A stretch of 64,000 nt of DNA from Eledone cirrhosa (GCA_964016885.1 OZ024741.1:53630001-53694000), one strand, 5' to 3'. Positions 1 through 15,005 are shown, counted from the first letter of the stretch. Notes: generated by a model from the letters alone, not told the origin. Made by a program: numbers and translations.

Positions 1-452
1 CACGTGTCTTTATATCAGAACAACATCTACACATTGAGTCTCTCTTGTCACCATCTATACTTAGTTCCTATCAAATAAGTATCTATACTGTTTCTATATA
101 TTCAGTCAACATCTATACTCTGTGTCGATCTATCTAGATGATATCTACAGAACGCCCATGTATATCTAGTCAACATAATATAATGTGTCTGTGCAGCCTT
201 TCATAATCTACACATTGTGAACGTTTATTTGGAGAATATCATTGTGTTAATCTATATAGGCAGCCAATATATACATATTGAGTTTCTCTATTATGTCAAC
301 ATCTTCACACTGTGTCAGTTTAACAACGGTAACAACAATACTTCCATTGGAAATTCTAAAACCTATTCCTTCAGCTTGGCTTCCCTTTTGTCATATGAAG
401 CCAATTGGTAATTTTTTTTTTTACACCAAATGCAACGAAGCATGGCTGCACT

Positions 453-604
<152 letters not shown>

Positions 605-618
605 TTATATATATATAG

Positions 619-675
<57 letters not shown>

Positions 676-689
676 TTATATATATATAG

Positions 690-773
<84 letters not shown>

Positions 774-787
774 TTATATATATACAG

Positions 788-886
<99 letters not shown>

Positions 887-2024
887 TTTGGTTTCCACTC
901 TCTAACATTTTTCCCTGTAAGCACACAATATCGTTCGCCTGTATAGTTTCAGCTGTATTTGGTAACTCAATTTGTTTCAGCTTGGATTCCAGATCATAGG
1001 AATTCTGTTTTTTTCTTCTGTAAAATGATGTTGTGATAGGTTTACAGTTTATAAGTTGATGAAGAAAAAACGATAATATATTTTATTGACTAAGCATGAA
1101 TGCAAACTTTAAATATAAAAGCCTAATTACCTTATCTTTTTTTTTCATTTTATTTACTATAGTGAATATTAAATTAACCTATCAGCCAATCACTGCAAAC
1201 GTAAGTTTAGCCACACATCTAGATACTGATGGTTGGTTACGTCAGTCAATCGTGAGAATGTTGTTTTTGTTTATTTATTTATTTTTGTGCTTGATAGCTG
1301 TGTGGATGTGTTTACATTACGCGATAGCATCAAACGTCGATCCCAATGCAGAGTTTGCTCAGATTATCAAATAATGAAATAGAATGGGCTGCAAATTGGA
1401 GGAAAAGAAAAAAAATCCCGATTAAATCACTGATATATTAATTTTAATGTTTACTCGATTTCCCTGGTAATGGACCATAGACCACCGCATACATATTTCT
1501 AAACGCAGAGCAAAATTGAAAGTTTAAATGCAAACATTGAAAAACAAAGAACAACACATAATAATTGATTGCACTTCATATTTTCCACAGCAACAAATAC
1601 ATTAATAAAATATGAAGTAAAATTATAATCTTCTTTATCAATTTCATATGACAATGATCGAGGGTATATTTTAGAATGTGAACTGTTATCATAAGCAGTG
1701 ACATTTGACCGGGAGACAGTGATGTGAACGGATTAAACGGTTGGTGAACCCGCATTATGCTTCGACATGACTTTTTCTAAAACCTCTGAAAAGATCATAT
1801 CTGATTGGTAGACCTTGTTAATATGTATTCTAGCAATGGAATATCAACCAAATATATAGAAATTTACGATATATTTCTATACACAGGCATATATATATAT
1901 ATATGTGTATACATAGCACATACATGTTAAGTGTATGAAACTTTGTTTACACTGAAAAAGCTTTCTTCCGAAAGATCGAACACGTTTTTCCTTGATCTAC
2001 GGATTTCTACCAACGTTTACATAC

Positions 2025-2058
<34 letters not shown>

Positions 2059-2162
2059 TTTTTCTATTAGGGGCCATATACGTATATATATATACATACA
2101 TAGATACATGCATACATACATACATACATACATACATACATACATACATACATGTATACATA

Positions 2163-2281
<119 letters not shown>

Positions 2282-2705
2282 ATATATATACATACATGGT
2301 GGCTGCCAACTCGATTTCGAGTACGGCCACTACTTTATATCCATGTAGCAGAACCCTTACCGATGCGCTGAACGAGTGTGACTTTTTAGTCCAGCCAGCG
2401 ACTTGAAAACTCTGGTACACTTGTGACAGTTATTGACACATAGTGCTGGGCCCATGGTACCATGTCATGATAAGTGCAGATAGATCTCCAGATATAAAGC
2501 AATGCCTGTGCCGTGAAGCTTTTATAGTGAGCAAAGGCACTACACAAAGCCAGTCCCACTCTCTTAACCAAGATGATATTTACCAAAAAGAAGAACAAGT
2601 CAACATCATTGGATACCATCAGGGTTGCAGGTGTTATGTCAGAGTTTTCCTTCTCCTAGAATACATACATACATACATACATACATACATACATACATAC
2701 ATACA

Positions 2706-2791
<86 letters not shown>

Positions 2792-3181
2792 AGAGTATTG
2801 AAGTTTGCTTGAAGCATTGTGGAATAATAAGGTAAATTTCTTTAAGTCGTTTGGAAGCCTTGACAATGCAAATCGGTAAATCTCCGGGTAACAAGATCCG
2901 GTGGTGGAGAGAGAGATGTAAGTGGGTGTACGTTGAGATGCGTGACGTGTATACGACGTGTAGAGGAATGAAGGAAAGAGCATAAAGGATAAAATAAAAT
3001 AACAACACGAGAGAGAGTTACATTGGGAGAGATTTAATTGTCCCTATATATTTCGGATTCACATCCATCAACTGGGGTGGGGGAAAGGTTGTCTGCCGGA
3101 AAGGTGCGAAACGCGTCCTCCGCTGTTCGTTGTTCTCACCTTTCCGACAGACAACCTTTCCCCCACCCCGGAAAACATTTA

Positions 3182-3232
<51 letters not shown>

Positions 3233-3238
<6 letters not shown>

Positions 3239-3668
3239 AAAGGGTGAAGAATAGCATGGTCGTCTGTACAAGAGGGTTTATTTACAGTATTGACAATTAT
3301 TTCATTGATCGAGTGAGACTAAAGGCCGCTAATCTCTCGAAGTTGCGTCACACGATCTTAAATACAATGAGTGTCTCTGATCAAATCATTGGAATCATCC
3401 GTAATGCGGATATATATGCCGTATTATTTAAACTATTTCTTCCAGAAGAAATAGAAGAAATAGTTTAAATAATAAGGCATATCCGCATTAAGGAAAACAG
3501 TGGACATTAGACCAGCAAGTGTCAATATCCATTTTGTTTTCTATTAGGGGGGCATATACGTATGACCTATGGCTGAGGATATTTTTCTATAGTAAAAACC
3601 TTCGATGAAGCTTCGAAACTTCTTATGAATTTCAGATTCTGTTCAATGTTTCTAAACACACTCTCGTG

Positions 3669-3734
<66 letters not shown>

Positions 3735-4170
3735 ATATATATATATATACGAAGTTATGTCTGTTCTATTTGACTTGCTTCGTCTCCTAAGTATATATAT
3801 GTATGTATACGTTGGTAGAAACCCGTAGATCAAGGAAAACAGTCTTCGATATTTCGGAAGAAAACTTTTAAACAAAGTTGCATACACTTAACATGTATGT
3901 GCTATGTATACATATATATATGCCTGTGTATAGAAATATATCGTAAAATTCTATATATTTGATTGATATTCCATTGCTTGAATACTTATTAACAAGGTCT
4001 ACCAATCCGATGATTTGATCAGAGACACACACTTTATTTAAGGTCGAGTGACGCAACTTCGAGTGATTAGCGAACGGCCTTTAGACTCACCTGATCAATG
4101 AAACAATTGTTAATACTGTAAATAAAACTCTTTTTGTACAGCCGACCATGTTATTCTTCCACTACTATTA
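3233..4170. repeat. Composite non-coding repeat family F (PLE pLTR-like) with inverted segments; 1790-2030 is an inverted copy of ~3790-4025
   Basis: 3233-3395 is a diverged reverse complement of ~4005-4165. Interleaved with (TA)n. Contains a degenerate HHR-like motif. Confidence 0.65.
4004..4114 (+). ncRNA. Degenerate hammerhead-like motif with very long stem II
   Basis: CCGATGA (4007) - TTGATCAG...CTGATCAA - GAAA (4100) - palindromic CAATTG - TT. The inverted copy near 3290-3395 has a GTC triplet. Confidence 0.45.
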
Positions 4171-4708
4171 CTCCAAGAATAACCAGCATGAGAATTCTCG
4201 CATCTCGCCACCTAACTACAGAAACCTCTTGTTGTGTCAAACAACGCCATACGTTAAAACTAACCATAGTTCAGACTACTCACAACCTCTAACTAGATTA
4301 CCTAAAACGATAACTTGTTATGCCATATATATATACATTAAAAAATCTTCCCACCGAAGTCAACAAAGAACTTACTAGATCTACCAACTCATAATATTAT
4401 ATTATAAAATTAAATCAAATTGTTTAGAACTACAAATGAAGCCATTATTTTCCTTTTTTTCGGACGAAATTTGCCTAAATTGCTACTATGGTTCATAGTA
4501 ACATTTTGGCTACTGTCTTTTTAACACCCCACTCTTCACTGATTAACCTCGATGTCACTTGATTCTTTTGAATTTGCCACTGACAGGGAAGGCAGTGAAA
4601 TTTTCAGTGTCTTGAAATTTATCCGCGCTTGCTTTTTTTTCATTCACTGAATTATTTTTGTTTGAGCTCCCTGTTTCCGCCTATCGCCAGGGATCTTAGG
4701 CGAGAATT

Positions 4709-4781
4709 GACTCCCTGATGAAGAAAGGATTCTCCATAGTTTTGAACACTATGTATATCCCCTTTCAGAAACTAGTTAGTT
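4709..4781 (+). ncRNA. Type I hammerhead-like motif with extended stem II
   Basis: CTGATGA (4715) - GAAAGGAT..CATAGT/ACTATG..ATCCCCTTTC - GAAA (4768) - CTAG - TT. Stem I is weak. Confidence 0.55.
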
Positions 4782-4828
4782 GGACTTAAGTAAGTAAGTT
4801 AATTATTATAATTTCCTTAGTTTACGTC

Positions 4829-4868
<40 letters not shown>

Positions 4869-4870
<2 letters not shown>

Positions 4871-5055
4871 TTGGGGAGGGTCATATTTGTGTAATAATAT
4901 TGCCAGAATTAATAACAGAATACACTCACTGTTTGGTTGGTTTTCGCTTCTGTGTCTTTTATATCGGGTAATTTAATTTATTCGGTCCTCAATGTTACCA
5001 TTGACTGACCAACGGTCATATCAAAAACCTCGCAAAACTAATTCATCGCCGTTAT
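4869..5055. mobile_element. Short non-autonomous fragment of the 3' end of the 26-28.8 kb PLE family (inverted + forward piece)
   Basis: Matches 28625-28845 (TTGGGGAGGGTCATATTTGTG... reverse; AAAAACCTCGCAAAA... forward). Flanked by (TA)n. Confidence 0.8.
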
Positions 5056-5350
5056 ATATATATATATATATATATATATACTGTACATACATAAATACAT
5101 ACATGCATACACCCACACATTTATATTTGTATATATATCTTTACACAAGATATTATTGACGGAGATATGCGTGTATTTTCAACTTGGTGCCGTTCTAACA
5201 CTTCTCTTTCATGCATGTTGCTTGTCTTTTTATACTCTACTTTGATAAAGAGTTTAAGCCGAAGTATCAGTTGTTTATTTTACTTTTCATTTGGTGTAAA
5301 TATTTTCATTCAACTTTTTTGTCTCATATATAAACAATACAAATTAATTG

Positions 5351-5530
5351 TTTCTACATTTGGCTCAAGGCCAGCAATTACCCAGTACATTACTAGTACT
5401 TTATTTTATCGACCCCGTAAGGATGAAAGGCAAAGGTAACCACGGCGGGATTTGAACTCAGTCCGTAAAGGGACATAACTGTGCAAATCATGGCGTCCGA
5501 CCCTCTACCGATACTGCCAATTCACCACCC
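5351..5530 (-). mobile_element. tRNA-derived SINE
   Basis: Minus strand A box TGGCAGTATCGGTAGAG and B box GTTCAAATCC; central TTTCATCCTTACGGGGTCGATAAAATAAAGTAC. At least six copies in the window. Confidence 0.85.
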
Positions 5531-5972
5531 TTACAATAGAAATTATTACACAGCAATAATCACAGCAGCGACACACTGTTGCTTCCTAAGAATGCTTTCT
5601 GTTAATCCCGACAAGCGAGTAAAGTACGTCTTTATAGCCATCCATTTCAAATTTGGGGCCGAGCTACTTTACTGGTACATCCCTGTTGGTCCAGTGTCGG
5701 TGTCATCATCACCGTCTTCAACATCATCATATAATCCTTCTCCTCCACCTCCTATTCTGCGGTCTCATTTACCTACTACTCCCCATCATCATCAGCTTTG
5801 TCATCATTATAATCACCATTATCACCGTCATTGTCGTTATAACAGCCACTGTCCTCATCGTCACCAACATCATGTGCAAGAGCAGCAGAATAATAGTTGT
5901 AGTATTAGTAGAAATATGACTTCCTGGTGTGACATTTCAAATGTCAAGTGTGTCTCATTGAATCATTTCGGT

Positions 5973-6016
<44 letters not shown>

Positions 6017-6098
6017 TATGTATATATATATACATACATACATACATACAGGCATACACACACAGATATATATATACATATATACACCCACACATATG

Positions 6099-6139
<41 letters not shown>

Positions 6140-6379
6140 CTGTATGCCTGTATGTATGCATGTGTCTGTAAGTATTCACAATCACACACGCACATATATA
6201 TATATATATATATTGACATTTTCACTTCACTCTACACTGCCAGCGGTTTCCAGACGAAAGAACGACGGAATTTTCAATTGATTTTCTCAAATGCACTTGA
6301 TGATTTATGTGCTAACGTCTTGAAACCTTCGGTAGTACGGAGGTAAATCTAAGGCTCTCGAGGACGAGTGCTTACCTCG

Positions 6380-9300
6380 ATGCTTTTCTTGCACCCTGGC
6401 TACAATCTTAAACTGTGTTTAGCAGAGTTATGATTCTGAAGTTATCTAAAACATCCATCTTGTTCTTGCTTTCGTAATCAGCATTACTACATCTCGACTT
6501 TCAGAACCAGAACTTGGAATTCTCACGTTCTGCTGTCAGTTGCAGTAGAAGGCTTCAAGGAAATCGGAGAACAAGTCTGGCATATCTACGTAAAATCTAT
6601 AGTGTACACCAACGAAATCGGGTAATTTTCGCCTCGTGTGATCGGCCACTGCTTCCCGAATATCAGCTGCTCGTTTCGGCTTTTCGTAGCACTCTGCATC
6701 AGTCACCGAGATTCGTGTGGGGCCGTCGAGGTTTGCAGTGAAGTCCGCCACCATATCTGACTCCCCGAACAGTCATGGAAAGTGCTGGCGAAAAGCCGCA
6801 CAGATCTGCTTGTAATCGATCATAACGGTCCATTCAAAGATCAAATTGTGGCTTTGTTCAACGTTGCGCATCATCCACCCGAGCCGGTTGAAATGCTTTC
6901 GTTCCCTCTTTTCTTAGATCATGCGCATTAGCTCTGAAAATGCAACCGCCGTATTTCACATTCAAGAAATGGTCTAGTGTCATTTGCGCAGCTAGCATAT
7001 CGGTTGCAGTGCGACTCCTAACAATTTCATCAATTTATCTAATGGATCCCCCTCATTTCTATTTGTTCCTATTGCCACTGCTTCACGAAATTCTATTGAT
7101 TCTACTCTAAACGCTCTCTTTAGAGAACACTACCACCTGTTGTTGACAAATGCCCCTGTCAGATTTCGCTTAATTAAAGTGCCAATCCGATCACCCTAGG
7201 CTTTACGAGTTGACAACGAAGCGTTAAATTTCTAGTAACTGGGTCCCTATCCAAACGTTTTATGAAAGTCGACCATGCAAATCCTGAATTTGTAGAGTTC
7301 GAATATGCAAACATTTGAAATTGTGGCCCCTATGTTATCCTTATCTGTTGACCTACTGAAAACCCTATTAAAACACGGTCTCGGTGAATCTAGGTGTTTC
7401 GGCTAGGTCAACACTGGCGCATTGAGGAGATATAGTCGTTACATGTCAGACTCCGGAATTACCTGAACGGGTTCTTGAAGCTTTCGCATCTCCCGCATAT
7501 ATTGGCTACTCTCACAATCCCAGCATGCATCAAAGATACCGTTCCAGTCTGTGGCTAACAGTAAATGGTGATACATTCCTAGAAAGTCCTTCAAACTCCT
7601 GAAGTAACCCGGCCGTCGAGCCCTAGTCGGGGCGTAGACGTTCATCTGTCTAACCTTCGCTATTGGTTACGTCCAGGACCACTAATTTACAGTCCTGGTA
7701 CAGGAACATCATTCGTACATCAAAATGCTGATCTTTTCTAAGCATCACTGTGATCAAGCCTCACGTTCCAGGCCGACTAAGAGATGCGTAGATCTCAGAG
7801 TCATAAAAATTAGGTATATTGTGCGAGTGTTGGAAATCCTGGTCTCACTGACGCCAGCCACATCCATAGCAAGTGACATGAGGTCGTTGAGCAAGTAACC
7901 TGGCTTCTAGGTTTAACCCAGGCTACTAAGAATCCTACCCATTAAAGCATTCTACTCTCATACTACTGAATGGCTAGTTAAAAGAGAAAAACAGTGGTGG
8001 CTACGTACCCTCCAGGTGCTGTTAGAGATCGGGCTGTTCGACCTTCATATTCGATGGGCTTTCCTATAGGAACCCCTTAAACAGCCCACTAGTCGCTGTT
8101 AGATTGTGGGTTCCCACATCATGCTGACAGCTTTCCCTAATGCCTTTGTAGGCACATAGTGACTTTCGTACTATAATTAGTGTTTCAGGCACTTTAAAAA
8201 TGCTTGTCTTCCAAATTTTCCCTTCTTTCTCACTCTCTTTATTTCCTGTTATCAGCGCTATCAGTTCTTGTTTGGTTCTTTGTCCTTGTTGGTGGTGTAT
8301 TTGCTACTGGTTTTGTTGCTGTTAAAGGTCTAGTTGGTGTTGTTGGTGCAACATTTGCTGGTGTTGTCGTCGTTGTGGATTTTGAGGTCTTGTTTGGCAG
8401 CTAGCTCTTGAGTGACCCATTCTCCCCAATGATGACCTTTCGCTCCTCGCCACCCAAAACGGCGAATTAGGTCAAGAATCATGTCAATCTTCTATGGTTT
8501 AATCTGTAGAAATATCTCTAGAGTGTTCCCAGTCCAGTTCTCATCCCGGATCCTATCTACTTCTGGCAGCTTTCAATTCCTGCTAGGATCATACTTGGTC
8601 CCACCAGATATCTGCTTCTGGCTGGATCCCAGCAATGCAGATCTAGAGTTCCCGTCTTCCTATGTGAGAGTGAAACTAATTAAATTGTTCCTTTTTGCGG
8701 GAGACCACAAAATACTTCTTCGCAAGGACCTCACTTTTGGACTTGATGTCAATAGATGTATAGGTGAGAGTTTTTCTCTCTATCACTGCCAAAGCATAAG
8801 GCGGAACACTTATGTTGGCCCAGGTTTTGTCAACTTTTACGAGTCTGGCCGTCTGAAACAAACATTCCTCCCTCCTTGTGGTGTCATGTGAAACAATTCC
8901 ACAGTTTTTGCAGCTGTTGCTGCGAATGTTCATTTATTGATGATAATATTGCTGTTGTCGATGTTGTTGTTGATGATGTTGCTGCTGCTGTTGCCGCTGT
9001 TGTGACTGCTGCTTCTGTTGATGTTTTCATTGTTGTAATCGATATAGTTTTTGCTGTTGTCGTTACTGTTGTTGGTAGTTCTGTTGTGTTCGTTGGCTTT
9101 GCCGATGTTGCTGCTGCTGTTGGTGATGTTGTTGTTGTTAGCGACGGTGATCTTGTTGACTGTAATGGTGATGGTAGCAGTGGTGACGTTGGAGAAAATG
9201 AGTATGTTTTCAAACTTTAGACTCGAAATCGAGTCGCTGACACGTAACAGATGGCTGGAAGTGAAGGGGCGTATCCTCTCCATTTTTCTCAAGCTTGTTC

Positions 9301-9490
9301 ATGTGAATTTCAATAAAATGAAGTTGAAATATTTCAGCCAAAGGCTCAATTATTATGGCGTCGTCTATTCTGTGGACAGTGTATGGCATTCTATTAATAG
9401 CTTGTAAGAAAGATTTTGACAATGAATGTTATGCAAACGCGTGAAAATCAACAAAACTCACGGAACAATGTGTATACACGTCTCGCGAGA
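6380..9490 (-). pseudogene. Decayed Tx1/L1-type LINE (ORF1 relic, APE endonuclease, start of RT)
   Basis: NVYAP...DWNGIFDACWD (7439-7645) and FYVDMPDLFSDFLEAFY (6536-6754) align with ORF2 of the 39-42 kb element. Thr/Asn-rich ORF1-like region at 8200-9300. Many stops; boundaries approximate. Confidence 0.8.
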
Positions 9491-9513
9491 CTCAACAACA
9501 AAGATAATAATGA

Positions 9514-9724
9514 TTTCTACTATAGATACAAGGCCAGCAATTTTGGGGGAGGAGAAGTCGATTAAATAGACCTCAGTGCATTACTGGTACTTTATTTTAT
9601 CGACCTCGTAAGAATGAAAGGCAAAGCTAACTTAGACGGGATTTGAACTGAGAATGTAAAGGGCCATAACTCTATGCCACGAAGCATAGTGTCCGACGCT
9701 CTACCGATACTGCCAATCCACTCC
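9514..9724 (-). mobile_element. tRNA-derived SINE (first of tandem pair)
   Basis: A/B boxes and the same central domain as 5351-5530. Confidence 0.85.
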
Positions 9725-9738
9725 ATGCAATGTAATGG

Positions 9739-9952
9739 TTTCTTATTTAGGCACAAGGCCAACAATTTTGGGGGAGGGGAAAGTCAATTAAATCGACCCC
9801 AGAGCGTGACTGGTGCTTTATTTTACTGACCCAGTAAGGATGAAAGGCAAAGTTAACCTCAGCGGGATCTGAACTCTGATCGTAAAGGGCCGTAACGCTA
9901 TGCTGCAAAGTAAGGTGTCCGACTCTCTACTGATACTGCCAATCTACCTCCC
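9739..9952 (-). mobile_element. tRNA-derived SINE (second of tandem pair)
   Basis: A box, B-box variant and the same central domain. Confidence 0.85.
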
Positions 9953-10327
9953 ATTCAATATAATAATAATAAAATAGGATAATAGTGAGGGTAGAAATGA
10001 AAATCAAGTGCCTACCAGATGGTCATATATTCCTTTGTGGTAAGCCAAATAAGTAATGTTTCAGGAAACGGTGTTCGAAATTTCCTCATACATCCTGCAA
10101 TGACAAAAAAAAAAAAAAAATTCAATATTTGAACAAGGCAAACTTCGTTAGTAAAACGGAAGTATATTTCCTTCCTTTCTGAGCATGCCGCATGGTGAGT
10201 GAAATGGTCTACAATTATTTAAGATACCCAGGTAATTTCAGGACACAATCTTGCTAAAATAATATCTAAGATTTCGCAATCTATAAAATATCAAATTATC
10301 GTTTGCTGTTTATTGACGGTGGATGTA

Positions 10328-10364
<37 letters not shown>

Positions 10365-11230
10365 TATATATATAGAGAGAGAGTCTATATAAATATATGT
10401 ATATAATTATAAATATAAATATATATACATATAAATTCACCCCACGCGCTCTGGATTGACTATGTCTTAGAACATGACAGATAAAAAGGCATTTTGTAAT
10501 TTTTAGATATTATGAGACAATTTTCTTCTGATGATTAGTTCCACGTCTCCCGGAGCTGTACCAAAATTGGTATTTGATAATCGATAATCGAATACTTAGA
10601 CCGATTTTAAATCCGGTTCTCGAAGCTATGAAACAGGAATTGTAGTTAATCAATCTTAAAGTAAAGGGTTTTTCTAACGATATAGGACTATATGCTTATA
10701 TATATTTTTTAATTTAAAGATATTTGGTGCCATCTTCACCTTAACAATCTTCCACCTTCTATTAGACACTAGTTCTCCATTGCTATTTCCCTTCTCCATT
10801 GCTTGCTGAAATAAATCACTGATTCACTTGGGACACCAGGATTGTATTTGTAAAGGTATAAGTTATTATTATAAACTGGAGCAATGTAGGATATCATGAA
10901 ATTCACATGATATCCTACTTGAATTATGGGATTTAAAAGGTTCAACTGGACTGATGATAATGTTAAAGAAACTTCTGAATTATTCAGTGTGGCTGCATGT
11001 TTTTCTTCGGGTCAAAATAGATATTGTGTAAATAACTCACCAGCCCGAGCAGCTTTGGTAAAGCAAAGTGTTAGCGACACTATAAGGATTACTCGTAAAT
11101 AATTTGTAAGATTTTCGTTTGCTTGCCCTTTTCTAAAGTATGATCCTCCATAAGTTATCTTTTACACATGATCCCAAATTTACATTCATATATAAATATA
11201 TAAGTATGAACGCATGCATATATATATAAT

Positions 11231-11266
11231 TCCTGATGATTTCTTATGAATGAAACGGTTGTAGTC
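11231..11266 (+). ncRNA. Minimal hammerhead-like motif in a short (TA)n-flanked element (family H; related copy on minus strand at ~21815-21870)
   Basis: CTGATGA TTTC-TTAT-GAAT GAAA CGGTTGTAGTC. Stem I is unclear. Confidence 0.5.
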
Positions 11267-11509
11267 TTGTACAAGTCATTTTTATATATAATAAAGTTGT
11301 CTATACTCCACCACCATGTAGTGTAGCCTGTTTAACTGTGGTCACCCCACGACGACACAACTCGGGGATTTACATATATATTATATACATATATATTAAA
11401 TACATATATATATAAAATATATATATGTATATAATATATATACATATATATATAAAATATATATATGTATATATATATATACACATATATATATGTATGT
11501 GTGTGTATA

Positions 11510-11594
<85 letters not shown>

Positions 11595-11654
11595 GTGTGT
11601 GTATACATATATATATATACATATATATATATAATATATATATTTTTATATTTT

Positions 11655-11760
<106 letters not shown>

Positions 11761-11789
11761 TATATATATACATGTATATTTGTGTGTGT

Positions 11790-11834
<45 letters not shown>

Positions 11835-11863
11835 TAGATACATATATATATATGTGTGTTTGT

Positions 11864-11907
<44 letters not shown>

Positions 11908-12258
11908 GTGTATGGAAGTATATGTGTGTATATCTACGTGTGTGTTTGCATAACATTAAGGAAAATGTATGTTGTGTATATGCACAGGTTTCCAATAAAT
12001 GAAGTGATATTAAGCCATGTCTTATCGTTGAAAAGCAGAAGAACCCATGGGATATGTGTTCTTTAGAAATATACATAAAACCTCTACGCATATACACGCA
12101 TACGTATAGAGAAGCAAATACATTTATATAAGGATGTATATATTCAAATATTTTTAATGTATATATATGGATATGTTTATGTATATTTATATATGTTTAT
12201 ATATATATAAATATATATATGTATATATATGTTTATATATATATAAACATATATATGT

Positions 12259-12389
<131 letters not shown>

Positions 12390-12633
12390 CGTGTGTGTTT
12401 GTTTTTGTATGCTTGTGTGCATACTTTTGTCTGTGTCAAAGTCTGTAATTGCTGATGCTATCACCAAAACCCGAGTGGATTATCAATGCATGGAAACCGA
12501 TCTCATCAATGAATACCATTAAGCGATTTCTAATCTGTTGCTTCTGTGGTCTCAGCAAGGACATTACTTAATGTCCTTATAGCCTCTCACTCTCTGAGTA
12601 TATACATATATATATAAATATATATATATACAA

Positions 12634-12673
<40 letters not shown>

Positions 12674-12699
12674 CCCCGACCCTTCGTTATATATATATA

Positions 12700-12763
<64 letters not shown>

Positions 12764-13217
12764 TATATAGAGAGAGAGAGCGAGGGTGGGAGGGGGAGAG
12801 ACAGAGATAGATAGTTAGATTGAGAGAGAGATAGAAACAGTGAGGGAGAAGGAGAGGTAAAGAAAGAGAGAGATATTAGACGACACGAATGCGTTCAATT
12901 ACAAAGTTTGTCTTGTTTCTTCTGTCTGATTGTCTGTCTGCTTCTAAGCATGTCATTTATTCACAGCCCCCCTCCTTCGTCACCCACACACAACCCCTCT
13001 CTTATTCTGTTATGTCTCAATCACATATAAACACGTACACACAGCACGCATATATATATATGTATGTGTGTGTGTGTGTGTGAGTGTGTATATATGCATA
13101 TAACTTTACAAACATGCACGTGTGTCTATTCATATGTGAATGTGTACCTGTCGTTTCCTAAGTTATTATTGTGTATATGTATGTGTTTTTTCTGTCTCTG
13201 TATCTCTCTTTCTCTCT

Positions 13218-13290
<73 letters not shown>

Positions 13291-13550
13291 CTTATACATA
13301 TATATATATACATATATATATTTATATATATATATAATCAAATACATATGTATTATATATATATATATATATATGTATGTGTATATGTGTTTGTGTGTAT
13401 AAATGTAATTATATATGTGTGCATGCACAGTTGTGGTAAGTGCTGGTAAACTCAATATTTACAAGGCCACGTCTTCATATCCATTTTTGTAATCAAGGAA
13501 TTACTAAATTAAATATTCTTTTCTATACATCCCATCATATTAGACGAGTA

Positions 13551-13644
<94 letters not shown>

Positions 13645-13646
<2 letters not shown>

Positions 13647-13867
13647 GTGAATCACAGTCCGTCTATCTCTTCGTCTTTACATCTCGCTCTCTCTCTCTCT
13701 CTGTGAATCACAGTCCCTCTATCTCTTCGTCTTTACATCTCGCTCTCTCTCTCTCTCTCACTCTCTCTCTCTCTCTCTCTCTCTCTTCATCTTTACATCT
13801 CTCTCTCTCTCTCTCTCCCCCTCTCTCTCTCTCTGTGAATCACACTCCCTCTATCTCTTCGTCTTAA

Positions 13868-13875
<8 letters not shown>
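13645..13875. repeat. Minisatellite CTGTGAATCACAGTCCCTCTATCTCTTCGTCTTTACATCT embedded in (CT)n, about 3.5 copies
   Basis: Direct repeats visible at ~13645, 13700 and 13832. Confidence 0.8.
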
Positions 13876-13913
<38 letters not shown>

Positions 13914-14132
13914 TCTCCTTATATATATATACGTGTGTGAGTCTGTGTGTGTGTGTATGCACTATATGCAAAAGCATTTCTATATACTTGAAAATCTTGA
14001 TGTAATACAATATCCCGTGGCTTCATATTTACCAAGTAATTTTTCAAAATTTATGCAGGTGTTCGACATACAATCACTGACAAACAAACAGGGATAGAGA
14101 TATACATATACGTAGCACACATGCATATATAC

Positions 14133-14233
<101 letters not shown>

Positions 14234-14522
14234 CATATATATATATATAATAGGATATGTGTTCCTTCACGCACAAGGCGCTAAGGTACGCATGTATTGT
14301 CCAACCAAATGCCAGTGTGGTTCAATGGCAGGTTAATAAATTAACGAGCCAGAACAAATATAAACAAGGTTTAGCAAATAATGAAAAAGTTTCAAAATAA
14401 ATTTTAAAAAATTGTCTTTGCCTACTATAGTTACCTTTACCGAACTCTCATCCCGGGAACAGTTTTGATAGCGCTAGTCTGTAATTTAAATTCAGGAATT
14501 TTATATTCTTTGAATGAAAAGA

Positions 14523-14606
14523 ACCTTCTGACGAGAATCTTTCTTTGCAACGAAGGCCGTATGGTCTCCGTTTTATTTTTGGGATTCGAAACCGATCGGT
14601 AAAGGT
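14523..14606 (+). ncRNA. Type I hammerhead ribozyme, extended stem II
   Basis: ACCTT CTGACGA GAATC..GATTC GAAA CCGATCGG TA AAGGT: stem I ACCTT/AAGGT, palindromic stem III, GUA triplet. Confidence 0.85.
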
Positions 14607-15005
14607 AACTATAGTAGGTAAAGTCAATTTTTTAAAATTTATTTTGAAACTTTTTCATTATTTGCTAAACATTGTTTATATTTGTTCTGGCTCGTTAATT
14701 TATTAACCTGCCATTGAACCACACTGACATTTGGTTGGACAATACATGCGTTCCTTAGCGCCTTGTGCGTGAAGGAACACATATCCTATTACTACTATCT
14801 CCTCTAATGTTGAGAACAAATTTGGTCGCTCCGACTGCTGCTAGTGATAGCTGTGGCTGGTTTGACCTACCTCCTTCTGCCTCTATCTTTACTTCGGCCC
14901 TTGATAAACCTGTTTCTACATCATCCACTCTCATCCCGGGAACAGTTTTCATAGCGCTAGTCTGTAATTTAAATTCAGGAATTTTATATTCTTTGAATGA
15001 AAAGA

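Noticed and set aside
1-315. Degenerate ~35-bp repeat (ATCTACACATTG-like)
   Set aside because: Old minisatellite cut by the window edge; no further structure can be supported.
2443-2640. Possible host exon or GIY-YIG tail (CREAFIV..SLNQD)
   Set aside because: Similarity is too short and weak to call.
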